DNA of 33,733 nt from a virus (Duplodnaviria; Caudoviricetes). The translations under genes were made by a program, and so were the position numbers. The stretch is taken from IMG/VR virus record IMGVR_UViG_3300037603_000018, positions 1 to 33,733 of that record. One strand, given 5' to 3'. Below the pieces are notes generated by a model, which saw only the letters and a program-made list of their open reading frames with translations, searched no databases and was not told the DNA's origin. Every line of letters begins with the position of its first letter. Positions within the stretch are counted from its first letter, which is position 1. Below are positions 26,406 through 33,733 of this stretch, one piece after another.

Positions 26406-26574
26406 GATTCTTATTGGTTAGAGATTAAAAAGTATGTATAAATATAATAGTAAATCTTGATTAAATATACAAAATATAGTAAAAACTATTATGAGTTTAA
26501 ATACATGAAATTTTTTAGTTATAACACAATTTTAATATATTTATCATATTAACTGCACAAACAAAATATATAAT

Positions 26575-27795
26575 ATGCCGAGCATTTTAAATCAATACTT
26601 AAAAAAAAGGATGAGTCTCATTGACTTAGAGACGGAATTGCAAAAACTTATTAAAGAATACAACAGATATACAAATAGGTATTTATTTGTGTATTCAAGT
26701 GATATTAATAAAGGTAGAACCCGCGGGATAGATGTTAGCCTTGTCCAAGACGATTTTTATAACATTCAAGATATCTTACGTGAATCAGATAAAGGAGAAA
26801 TTGACTTTTATATTGAAACACCAGGTGGGAGTGGCGAAGCTGCTGAGGAAATTGCTAAATTTTTGAGAAAAAAATTTAAAGAAGTAAATTTTATTATTGC
26901 TGGAGAAGCAAAAAGTGCCGGTACAATTTTAGCATTATCTGGGGATAATATTTATATGACGGACACTGGAAGTCTAGGGCCTATTGACGCACAAATAAGG
27001 CTAGGAAGATCTACTATTTCGGCTCATGATTATAAAGAATGGGTAGACCTCAAAAGAAACGAAGCCGAAAAGAACGGAAAATTAAACCCATTTGACGCTG
27101 TCATGGTTGCCCAAATATCACCTGGGGAGCTTTATGGAGTAATTAATTCTTTAGAATTCGCAAAAGACTTAGTTAAGTCTTGGTTAGAAGAGTACAAATT
27201 CAAAAATTGGACCAAAACCAGAGATAATGGAAATGTGGTTACAGCAAAAATGAGAAAAGAAAGAGCCTCTGAAGTGGCAGAAAAATTGTGTGATCATACT
27301 ACTTGGAGAACCCATGGCCGATCTTTGAAAATAGAAGATTTGCAAAATGAACTGATAATTGAAAGGGTCGATGATGATTCTAAGCTTTCGGATATTGTTT
27401 ACCGCATTAAAACAATTGTTAGGCTTATTTTCGATAGTTCTTCCGTATACAAGTTATTCTACACGGATGACCTTAAATTATCAAAAACATTTACAATTAA
27501 CTCAAGCAGTAACAACCCTATCCCTAGCCCGTTTAAAGGCCTAAAACCTACCAATAATAAAAAGATTGAAAAGGTTGATTTAAATGTCGAATGCCCAAAA
27601 TGTAAGAAAAAACACATTGTTCCTGGATACCTCGGTATTGGAGGAAATTTAATTAAAAGCCATAAACTACCGATAAACAAAAATGTAAGAGATAATGACG
27701 TACTTGTTTGTGATAACTGTAATTTTGCATTAGATTTAAAACCAATCAAAAATGAGGTAGAAGCTCAAATTAAAAAGAAAGTTATTTTTAAATAA
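26575..27795 (+). CDS. SDH-family Clp-fold serine protease with C-terminal zinc ribbon
   Basis: IETPGG; AKSAGT (Ser); LGPIDAQ (Asp); WRTHGR (His); CPKC...CDNC. Confidence 0.85.
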   Translation: MPSILNQYLKKRMSLIDLETELQKLIKEYNRYTNRYLFVYSSDINKGRTRGIDVSLVQDDFYNIQDILRESDKGEIDFYIETPGGSGEAAEEIAKFLRKKFKEVNFIIAGEAKSAGTILALSGDNIYMTDTGSLGPIDAQIRLGRSTISAHDYKEWVDLKRNEAEKNGKLNPFDAVMVAQISPGELYGVINSLEFAKDLVKSWLEEYKFKNWTKTRDNGNVVTAKMRKERASEVAEKLCDHTTWRTHGRSLKIEDLQNELIIERVDDDSKLSDIVYRIKTIVRLIFDSSSVYKLFYTDDLKLSKTFTINSSSNNPIPSPFKGLKPTNNKKIEKVDLNVECPKCKKKHIVPGYLGIGGNLIKSHKLPINKNVRDNDVLVCDNCNFALDLKPIKNEVEAQIKKKVIFK

Positions 27796-27802
27796 AACTC
27801 TT

Positions 27803-28015
27803 ATGAAAGCTAAAAAAAGTACCAAAATTGAAAGTAAAAATACGAATAAGTTATTGGATTTTGTTTCTAGAACTCAAGAAGGAGAATTCACAAGTGGGAA
27901 ACCTAAATTATCCTATTTTAGCTACAAAAGACAAGTTATTTGCAATCAAGAAGATAGCGTATTAAACGAAGAGGAAACTAATAATCAATCTCTTTTATTT
28001 GGAATAAGTAATTAA
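27803..28015 (+). CDS. Hypothetical 70-aa protein co-transcribed with the SDH protease
   Basis: ATG 7 nt after the protease stop; followed by a terminator. Confidence 0.55.
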   Translation: MKAKKSTKIESKNTNKLLDFVSRTQEGEFTSGKPKLSYFSYKRQVICNQEDSVLNEEETNNQSLLFGISN

Positions 28016-28022
28016 GATTATT

Positions 28023-28072
28023 AAAAAAAATCGGGTTAGATTCAACTCACTATGAACCTAACCCGATCTTTT
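28023..28072. terminator. Bidirectional intrinsic terminator
   Basis: ATCGGGTTAG/CTAACCCGAT stem with an A tract on the left and a T tract on the right, between convergent genes. Confidence 0.7.
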
Positions 28073-28133
28073 AATAAAAAAAAATGCATAAAAACAATAC
28101 ACCCTAATTAATTTTAATCGTTATTAAATTCGA

Positions 28134-28391
28134 TTAAAAGTACCAAACAGCCACTAACACACCTCCCAAGGCAGTAGCAAAGAAGTCCATCCAGTTTTCC
28201 AGTTTGATTGTTTTGTTCCTCGCATAGTCCCAGACCTCCTTCATTAGCCCTATCTCCGCAGCACTCCTTATAAGCTCATAGGGGTCATTGGTAAATATCA
28301 GGGTAATAAGTGCTGCCACTGCTCCGGCTGGCACATGGAGCAGTAGCTTGTCCGCTCCTGGAAACAACTTTGTTATCGTGCTTATTTTCAT
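28134..28391 (-). CDS. Small membrane protein (DKxxH..KE..D..DxxA motif family)
   Basis: Hydrophobic helices; DKLLLH, KEVWD and DFFATALG motifs. Confidence 0.65.
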   Translation of the reverse strand: MKISTITKLFPGADKLLLHVPAGAVAALITLIFTNDPYELIRSAAEIGLMKEVWDYARNKTIKLENWMDFFATALGGVLVAVWYF

Positions 28392-28403
28392 AATTGATTT
28401 TAT

Positions 28404-28838
28404 TTAAATATTCACTAATTCAAAATGTGGCCTATCATCAAAGGACTGGTCGATCAGAAGCTCCCCATCCATATCCCAGTTTCCACCCCAGCGTATCCGG
28501 TGATGGATATCCCCATCACGTAGTAAAGTCTGAGCCACACTTTCTATGACACCAGCCAGATAGCTTAGGTGTTCATCTTCCCATAGGGCCTTCCCGTTGA
28601 CGAAGGGATAAATATCCACAGCTAGAGAAGGCATTGAATTATGCTTTCCCTTCACCTTTACACCATCTATCTTGCTTTTGCCCTCCCTGAAGTACTGCAT
28701 TTGTTTCTCCAGGCTTCGGTATCCTTCAGCTATCCCGAAATCAACCTTACTAACCATAATCGCTAAGCCCATTATCATCTGTAAGTCTTGATGACAGGTA
28801 GCCAATTTCTGTTTACTTGTTTCTCCGAATTCGTACAT
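28404..28838 (-). CDS. Endolysin, M15-family L-Ala-D-Glu peptidase
   Basis: EGYRS..Q; KHN...AVD; RWGGNW; D.PHFEL zinc-ligand motifs. Confidence 0.9.
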   Translation of the reverse strand: MYEFGETSKQKLATCHQDLQMIMGLAIMVSKVDFGIAEGYRSLEKQMQYFREGKSKIDGVKVKGKHNSMPSLAVDIYPFVNGKALWEDEHLSYLAGVIESVAQTLLRDGDIHHRIRWGGNWDMDGELLIDQSFDDRPHFELVNI

Positions 28839-28839
28839 A

Positions 28840-29118
28840 TTAAAACCTTTTGCTTTTCATAGAAACATAGCTCCCGATTAGTCCACCGCTCAGTGAGCAG
28901 AATACTATAGGCAGGTAAGACCATTTGAAATTCGTAATGATCTCATGCATGGATACCGCCCCAATAGCAATGGATATAAGCCAAGCCAAATGAACCAGAG
29001 CCCCGGAAAGGATCACTTGAGGAATACTCGATGCGCTGATCGCTTTCACATTCCAAGTTCTACAGCCTATAAATATCAGCTGCGTAACGAATACAATAAT
29101 TGAATACTTTAATACCAT
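28840..29118 (-). CDS. Small 3-TM membrane protein
   Basis: Three hydrophobic segments; adjacent to the endolysin. Confidence 0.65.
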   Translation of the reverse strand: MVLKYSIIVFVTQLIFIGCRTWNVKAISASSIPQVILSGALVHLAWLISIAIGAVSMHEIITNFKWSYLPIVFCSLSGGLIGSYVSMKSKRF

Positions 29119-29144
29119 AGTTTATTTTTGTTTAAGATTTGATT

Positions 29145-29294
29145 TCACCTTATAATTTCAATCCTGATCACCTCCCCACAGGCACAGACTAGGGCATCTA
29201 TCCGGCCCCGATAGCAGCTGTCATGATTTACCACCAGTTTTGGCCTGTTCGATAAGCATTGCTGACTTTGCTTTTTGCAGCATTTCACGAGCAT
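29145..29294 (-). CDS. Putative 49-aa Cys-rich protein
   Basis: Manual translation MLVKCCKKQSQQCLSNRPKLVVNHDSCYRGRIDALVCACGEVIRIEIIR; fills the gap and overlaps the 3' end of the upstream gene. Confidence 0.35.
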   Translation of the reverse strand: MLVKCCKKQSQQCLSNRPKLVVNHDSCYRGRIDALVCACGEVIRIEIIR

Positions 29295-29949
29295 CTTGGG
29301 GGCTTGCTTTCCTTTCGTCATGTATTGATGATTTATGTTGGAGGCGTTGGTTTTGTTGCTTCAGGCTTAGGGCTTCCATTCGGCTTTCATTGTAGACCTT
29401 AAGCCAGCCAAGGATTACCTGACCATCCAGTCGGTTATAAATCTGGCCGTAAATCCCCTTTTTAGCGTTTAGAAAACAAATACACACATCCTCCAGCGTT
29501 AGGCTCTTATAAGTTTCAATGATGATTGGGAGAAGGGAGAACAGCCCTTCATTACTAATCACATTGTCCACCTGAAAGAAAAGCCTTAGGTCATTGATAA
29601 TCAGTAGAAGCATATCCTCAAGCTGCTCTGGTTCTTTGCGCTGTAGTTCAGCGATGGTGGGCATATATTCAAGTGTGGCCAGTTCATTGCTTTTTTCCTC
29701 AATAGTGCTTTTAATAGCGTTTAAGTAGCCTTTTTTGCCTTTGCCTTTATACTCCTCCTCATAGAATGCCTTGGATCGTAGCAAGTCATCCAATTCACTT
29801 TCCAGTTGCTTCAGCAGTTCTTTCTTTTGCATCAGCTTCACTTGGGAAAATGTGGCCAGCCTACTTAGTGCGCTGCTGTCTCCGTGCCTCAAGCTGCATA
29901 GCAAGCTGCTCGGCTTCGGTCTTACGACTATCTCGTTTCGTTGCTCCAT
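29221..29949 (-). CDS. Hypothetical protein, DUF6633-like (possible helicase loader-like)
   Basis: LTLED...F...KKG.YG..Y.RLDG..I..WL..Y motif. Confidence 0.55.
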   Translation of the reverse strand: MEQRNEIVVRPKPSSLLCSLRHGDSSALSRLATFSQVKLMQKKELLKQLESELDDLLRSKAFYEEEYKGKGKKGYLNAIKSTIEEKSNELATLEYMPTIAELQRKEPEQLEDMLLLIINDLRLFFQVDNVISNEGLFSLLPIIIETYKSLTLEDVCICFLNAKKGIYGQIYNRLDGQVILGWLKVYNESRMEALSLKQQNQRLQHKSSIHDERKASPQDAREMLQKAKSAMLIEQAKTGGKS

Positions 29950-30331
29950 TGCGTATTTTGTCTAGTATTTCCTGTAAATTGGATTCAATTTTTACTAGGC
30001 TCTTTTGCCTGCCTATAAAATCTCCGGTACGATCCCAGTGGGTAAGAATGAATTCCCAAGAGCGAATAATACCTTCATTAGACTTTTGATTACTGGCCCT
30101 TTTTAGCTTCATGATGATAGATTTTAGTGCCTTTCCTTGTCTGCCGTCCATGATCATCGGCACGCCTTGTTTGTCCAGGAAGGACTTGTATAGCTCCACA
30201 CACTTTTGATACACACCATCTGTAGGATGCTTTTCTTTCACTACGGTTTCAAGTACCGCCTTATGAAACTGCACCGCATCACCTTTAGCGATGCGATCCT
30301 TGCAGTGTTTGATCATTTCCTCATGCGTCAT
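29861..30331 (-). CDS. Hypothetical protein (possible replication-initiator C-terminal-like domain)
   Basis: ATG at 30331 overlaps the upstream stop; helical domain; precedes the DUF6633-like gene. Confidence 0.55.
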   Translation of the reverse strand: MTHEEMIKHCKDRIAKGDAVQFHKAVLETVVKEKHPTDGVYQKCVELYKSFLDKQGVPMIMDGRQGKALKSIIMKLKRASNQKSNEGIIRSWEFILTHWDRTGDFIGRQKSLVKIESNLQEILDKIRNGATKRDSRKTEAEQLAMQLEARRQQRTK

Positions 30332-30626
30332 GGCCAGCTTTGTTAAATCTTCCCAGTTCCTTCCTATACATCGCTTCCACCTGAACCAGCACGTCCTGAA
30401 GCTCATTTTCATAGAGGTAATTAAGAATTTTACCCCTTGGGTTTCTGCTTCCGATCTCCTGAATGAATGCATTGATCCGCTCAAAGTCCGGCACCATTTT
30501 ATTCATGTCTTTTGAGGGTTTTGTATAGCCCATCAGGCACAGGTAATGGATCACCTTTGCCCGCATCTTTTTCCGCCTGGCATTCATCTCTGCCAGCTGT
30601 TCCGGTGTTAATTTTGGCTTTGCCAT
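30321..30626 (-). CDS. Hypothetical Mu-like early protein (GemA/gp16-like, weak)
   Basis: RRK.R..VI; D..RIN.F; L...EL..V..Q.E.M pattern. Confidence 0.55.
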   Translation of the reverse strand: MAKPKLTPEQLAEMNARRKKMRAKVIHYLCLMGYTKPSKDMNKMVPDFERINAFIQEIGSRNPRGKILNYLYENELQDVLVQVEAMYRKELGRFNKAGHDA

Positions 30627-30666
30627 TTTAGTTGATAATTAAGATTATTGATTGATTAGTGTTTTG

Positions 30667-30710
30667 AACCCTACCGGGGAAACGATCCCCGGCTTGTTCC
30701 AAATAGGGTT
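30667..30710 (-). other. Intergenic RNA structure: outer stem, asymmetric loop, T-loop-like hairpin
   Basis: AACCCTA-TTTGGAACAAG-CCGGGG-ATCGTTT-CCCCGG-TAGGGTT. Confidence 0.55.
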
Positions 30711-30712
30711 AG

Positions 30713-31375
30713 TTAAACTGCTGTAAAGTTTAATTTCAAATGTTCCCACTTGCCCTGCTCATCTAGACTCTTAAATTCATAGCCATAGCCCTTCAAGTTG
30801 ATACTGTAGCTTTCCTTAAGTAGTCGAATTCCTTCTCTCCATCGAGTATCTTCCCACATTTGCTCATGTTGGATCAAAATAAAAACCTTAGCATACTCCA
30901 TATCACCGTTCTTATTCTTAGCCAAAAAGGAAATCAACATTTCGAAGGTTTTTACATCACGTTTCTTCACTGTGTCATACAGGAAGTCCTTGATCAGTTC
31001 CACAGCCTTGGTACTTCGCTCATCCCAGTAAGGCTCAGTACTTCGGGTTCTGGTGATTCTTAGGTTACCCTTGCTGTGGGTAATGGAAAACCCTCCCTTG
31101 CTGTTTGAGCGTATCTCCCCATACTCAGCCAGCTTGATTGCCTGAGCATCCATGCGCTCATGACATTTCTTTTTGAAGGCCTCCATTCGCTCGGCCAAGT
31201 AACTTGCCTCACTCATTAGGTCTTGGATTTCCATGTCACGGCCATTTTCATAAGCCTTGCGGGCTTTCTCTCGGGCTGCCCTTTCTTCTTTTTCACGCTC
31301 TGCCAGCATTTCTTTAAGCTGGGCGGTGGTTAGGCCAGATAGATCAGCCTGCGGTTGCATTGTTTCTGTACTCAT
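30713..31375 (-). CDS. DUF3164 family protein (Mu-like phages)
   Basis: N-terminal coiled coil; KG.FS; WDER...A..LIK.FL; W.EG..L.KES; Y.F...D..G.W..L.L.F. Confidence 0.75.
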   Translation of the reverse strand: MSTETMQPQADLSGLTTAQLKEMLAEREKEERAAREKARKAYENGRDMEIQDLMSEASYLAERMEAFKKKCHERMDAQAIKLAEYGEIRSNSKGGFSITHSKGNLRITRTRSTEPYWDERSTKAVELIKDFLYDTVKKRDVKTFEMLISFLAKNKNGDMEYAKVFILIQHEQMWEDTRWREGIRLLKESYSINLKGYGYEFKSLDEQGKWEHLKLNFTAV

Positions 31376-31397
31376 AATAATTGTGTTTAAAGGTTAT

Positions 31398-31799
31398 TTA
31401 AATGATAAAATTGATTGCCTGCTTGCACGCCCCGGCCATATGCTTCACCATTCGGTGGAAGCTTTCATATACCACCGAATTGGGTGAAGTCTGGATAAGC
31501 CGTGGGTCATGCCACTTTTGATATTGATCAAGCCCTATCCCTTCATTTCTTATGTATTCGAAATTGCCTTCATTCAGCCTGGAGAGATGAAGCATATCAG
31601 TATCCAGCCACAAGCTTCGCCACCATACCCAAAACTCCGGAGTAGCCTCCCAGGTCTTTACAGCCTCATCACTTCCGGTCCACTCCATTAGCCAGACATG
31701 CGCATTGTCTATGACCATATCGTAAATCTCCTCTGGAGCCAAGCCCAGATTTGCAGACATTTCAGCTATTGTTTGGTCAAAAATCCTAGCGTTGTACAT
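31398..31799 (-). CDS. Hypothetical protein
   Basis: Coupled ORF with FWVWW..W..D motif. Confidence 0.65.
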   Translation of the reverse strand: MYNARIFDQTIAEMSANLGLAPEEIYDMVIDNAHVWLMEWTGSDEAVKTWEATPEFWVWWRSLWLDTDMLHLSRLNEGNFEYIRNEGIGLDQYQKWHDPRLIQTSPNSVVYESFHRMVKHMAGACKQAINFII

Positions 31800-32421
31800 T
31801 GTTAAATAGATTTATTTGGTTGCTTTGTGACTTTTTTACCTTTTCAGGCCAGATGATATATTTATCACCACCATCCATTCTAGATATTGGATAAGCTATG
31901 AATTGCTTCACATTTACGATCACATCCATGTGGTATTCACAGAGCTTGGCAGCTTTGTTTTCAGCCCATGCCACCACTATTATTACCTTCTTTGGAAACC
32001 GCTCATGAAGTGCCTCAAATTGCTCCACCGTCATTTTCATATAGTCCATGCTGTCGATTACCAGCACCTTTCCGCTATTAGGCCGTTCACAGGCCTTGTA
32101 AAAGACATCAAATTCCTTTTGCCTTCGGTCACATAGCATGAATTGGCCAGCTACTTCCTGCATCTTGTTTCGGTTGTATGCCTTCTGAAGGCCTTTAGTC
32201 CTTACCTGCTCAGCAGAATTGAAGCGAACCTTGCCGTAAACCGTTGCCAGGTGCTTCATTAGTTGGAATAAATATTCTGTCTTGCCATTCTTTGGCCTTC
32301 CTGTAATCAATATCCTCGCACCTTCAGTTAGCTCCCCAAGGTGCCCTTTCCACTGATCAGAAAGAGGCAAGTCTTCAAACTTCCAGTTTTGCACATCTCT
32401 AACTCCATAGTTTCTAGCCAT
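31786..32421 (-). CDS. P-loop ATPase (RecA/Sms-like)
   Basis: Walker A GRPKNGKT; SAEQ; Walker B LVIDS. Confidence 0.8.
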   Translation of the reverse strand: MARNYGVRDVQNWKFEDLPLSDQWKGHLGELTEGARILITGRPKNGKTEYLFQLMKHLATVYGKVRFNSAEQVRTKGLQKAYNRNKMQEVAGQFMLCDRRQKEFDVFYKACERPNSGKVLVIDSMDYMKMTVEQFEALHERFPKKVIIVVAWAENKAAKLCEYHMDVIVNVKQFIAYPISRMDGGDKYIIWPEKVKKSQSNQINLFNNVQR

Positions 32422-32650
32422 TGGTTACCTCCAGTTCTTCTATTTTTATGATTTTGTGCTTTAATTGTCTTGGGTTTTCATCCACCATAATTATAGGTTC
32501 AGTACCACAAGCAATTGACGACACATGAATACCAGACCATATATCGTATTGAAATGGACCTACGTCAACTACTAAATTATCTTCATTGATGTCCCACCAA
32601 AGGAAATCTTGTCCATTGTCTTCAAAGTGAAGTTTTCTTACCTTACCCAT
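32414..32650 (-). CDS. Hypothetical protein
   Basis: FEDNGQDFLWWDI..VV..GPFQ..IW.G motif; coupled overlaps on both sides. Confidence 0.7.
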   Translation of the reverse strand: MGKVRKLHFEDNGQDFLWWDINEDNLVVDVGPFQYDIWSGIHVSSIACGTEPIIMVDENPRQLKHKIIKIEELEVTNG

Positions 32651-33191
32651 TGTGCACCTCCTCTTTATGTTCCACCTTGGTTACCTGACAGCCCAGGGTG
32701 AGATTAGCATTGGTTTTTCCATTGATTATGCGAATCTTAGGCATATCACCTTTCTTTAGGTCGGTATTGACCAGCTGAAAGTCCAGCCACTTTTCATCCA
32801 CCGGGCTTGTTTTTAGCACCTTGCCAAATCCATCAAGCTCCCAAATATTGTTTTCTCCCCATGCCTTGAAGTGAATCACCATTTTTACAGGAATTTTGAC
32901 ACTGCCCTTTATTGCCTCCTCCAAATCAAGTACAGTAAGGCCCCATCGCTTTACAAGGTCAGCATCCGTGATGCTTTCCAGCTTTTTATAGATGTCCTTA
33001 ATCTGCTGTCTGATCTCAGCCTCAGGCTTGTTTTTGTAATACCAAGCAGTAAATTCAGGAAGATTGGAGGGGTCAAAAAGGCAGTTTTCGCAGAATTCAA
33101 CACATTTAGCTGAATCTTCACAAAGCCTCTGCTGTACGTTTTCCATATTGTGATTTACTGGCGGTATAGATATCCCTTTATACTTTTCCAT
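32643..33191 (-). CDS. Hypothetical protein
   Basis: Coupled ORF; Cys cluster C..C..C.NC near the N-terminus. Confidence 0.65.
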   Translation of the reverse strand: MEKYKGISIPPVNHNMENVQQRLCEDSAKCVEFCENCLFDPSNLPEFTAWYYKNKPEAEIRQQIKDIYKKLESITDADLVKRWGLTVLDLEEAIKGSVKIPVKMVIHFKAWGENNIWELDGFGKVLKTSPVDEKWLDFQLVNTDLKKGDMPKIRIINGKTNANLTLGCQVTKVEHKEEVHNG

Positions 33192-33300
33192 TTTTACCCT
33201 CCTTTCTTTTGGTGTCGTATTTGTCTATTAGGTTAATGGACAGTAGGATTATGCCGGATAAGGCAAAAAAACAGATTAAGAAAATAACTGATGCGTTCAT
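33178..33300 (-). CDS. 40-aa single-TM peptide
   Basis: Manual translation MNASVIFLICFFALSGIILLSINLIDKYDTKRKEGKNGKV; ATGA overlap with the upstream gene. Confidence 0.55.
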   Translation of the reverse strand: MNASVIFLICFFALSGIILLSINLIDKYDTKRKEGKNGKV

Positions 33301-33575
33301 GATTTTTGGTTTTTGAGTGTGTGTAAATGTTTCAATTGTCTCTGAATGCCGTCAATTCTAAGCCGACATTTCCTTTCATAATCCTCCTTTTCGAGGATAC
33401 CGTTGGTCTTCACCCGGCCCGGAAAATCTTCCTTCCGGTATTCGGCCAGGTCTTTCATTACCAGCCTGTGGCTGTATTGCCAGCTATGCAGTTCTTGCTG
33501 GAGTTTTTCTATAGCCTCGCTAGCCTGCTGAGCAGTATTTACCCCTGCCTTTATTGTTATGGTATTAGTTGTCAT
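33297..33575 (-). CDS. Hypothetical coiled-coil protein
   Basis: Coupled ORF in the early operon. Confidence 0.6.
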   Translation of the reverse strand: MTTNTITIKAGVNTAQQASEAIEKLQQELHSWQYSHRLVMKDLAEYRKEDFPGRVKTNGILEKEDYERKCRLRIDGIQRQLKHLHTLKNQKS

Positions 33576-33732
33576 GGCTGAGTTGTTTTTTCTCTCTTTG
33601 AATCACAAGCTGTCTGTACACGACACGCATATCTTTTAGGCTTCCACTTGCAACCACCTCATCGATCACTTTTTTAATGACTGCTTTGTCTTTTTCCCCT
33701 TGGGCTTGAATGATACTGTAAGCCAATTCCTT
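33565..33732 (-). CDS. C-terminus of a probable MuB-like transposition ATPase (5' part outside the window)
   Basis: Manual translation ..KELAYSIIQAQGEKDKAVIKKVIDEVVASGSLKDMRVVYRQLVIQREKKQLSHDN*; resembles the AAA lid helix D(L/M)R.V; position at the head of the early operon. Confidence 0.5.
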   Translation of the reverse strand, partial: KELAYSIIQAQGEKDKAVIKKVIDEVVASGSLKDMRVVYRQLVIQREKKQLSHDN

Positions 33733-33733
33733 C

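Larger units (their letters stand above)
1..33733. mobile_element. Mu-like transposable prophage (myovirus morphotype), internal portion; both ends lie outside the window
   Basis: Complete head, tail, baseplate and packaging gene set with Mu-type markers (DUF935-like portal, MuF, gp36/DUF1320, gpG, gp37, Mor/C-like HTH, DUF3164, MuB-like C-terminus). Dam-like MTase sits at the mom-equivalent position. Confidence 0.92.

Noticed and set aside
30332-30484. Upstream extension of ORF 29861-30484
   Set aside because: Overlaps the neighbouring gene extensively; the coupled ATG at 30331 is preferred
7047-33581. Numerous 60-190 aa ORFs antisense to or nested in structural genes (e.g. 10256-10834 +, 19925-20323 -, 24837-25268 -)
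   Set aside because: Shadow ORFs overlapping well-supported genes, with no recognisable motifs

Overview
The whole window is the internal part of a Mu-like (transposable), contractile-tailed prophage. The host is most likely a Bacteroidota member, judged from TAnnTTTG promoters, a DUF2586-type sheath, and DUF6046/DUF3164-type genes. From right to left it holds: the 3' end of a MuB-like ATPase and early/middle genes, an M15 endolysin, an AT-rich oppositely oriented SDH-type protease cassette, and a Mor/C-like activator. Two late operons then diverge from a perfectly symmetric promoter/operator region at 16.87-17.02 kb. The rightward operon encodes terminases, gp36, a portal-MuF-nuclease fusion, tape measure, gpG and gp37. 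The leftward operon encodes Clp protease/scaffold, capsid, a spanin-like lipoprotein, sheath, tube, chaperone, baseplate, holin, two fibres and a Dam-like methylase that runs off the left edge. The main discovery candidate is the 982-aa portal-MuF-toxin ORF. It carries a canonical -1 frameshift cassette (G_GGT_TTT, 5-nt spacer, 10-bp hairpin) exactly at the portal/MuF boundary, and the -1 frame hits TAA at once. This predicts both a plain portal and a toxin-bearing portal from one gene. No immunity ORF follows the toxin; a convergent promoter-hairpin-terminator small RNA sits there instead. Two further structured RNAs and a tail-chaperone frameshift are also visible. All family assignments come from motif recognition by eye, not database searches.
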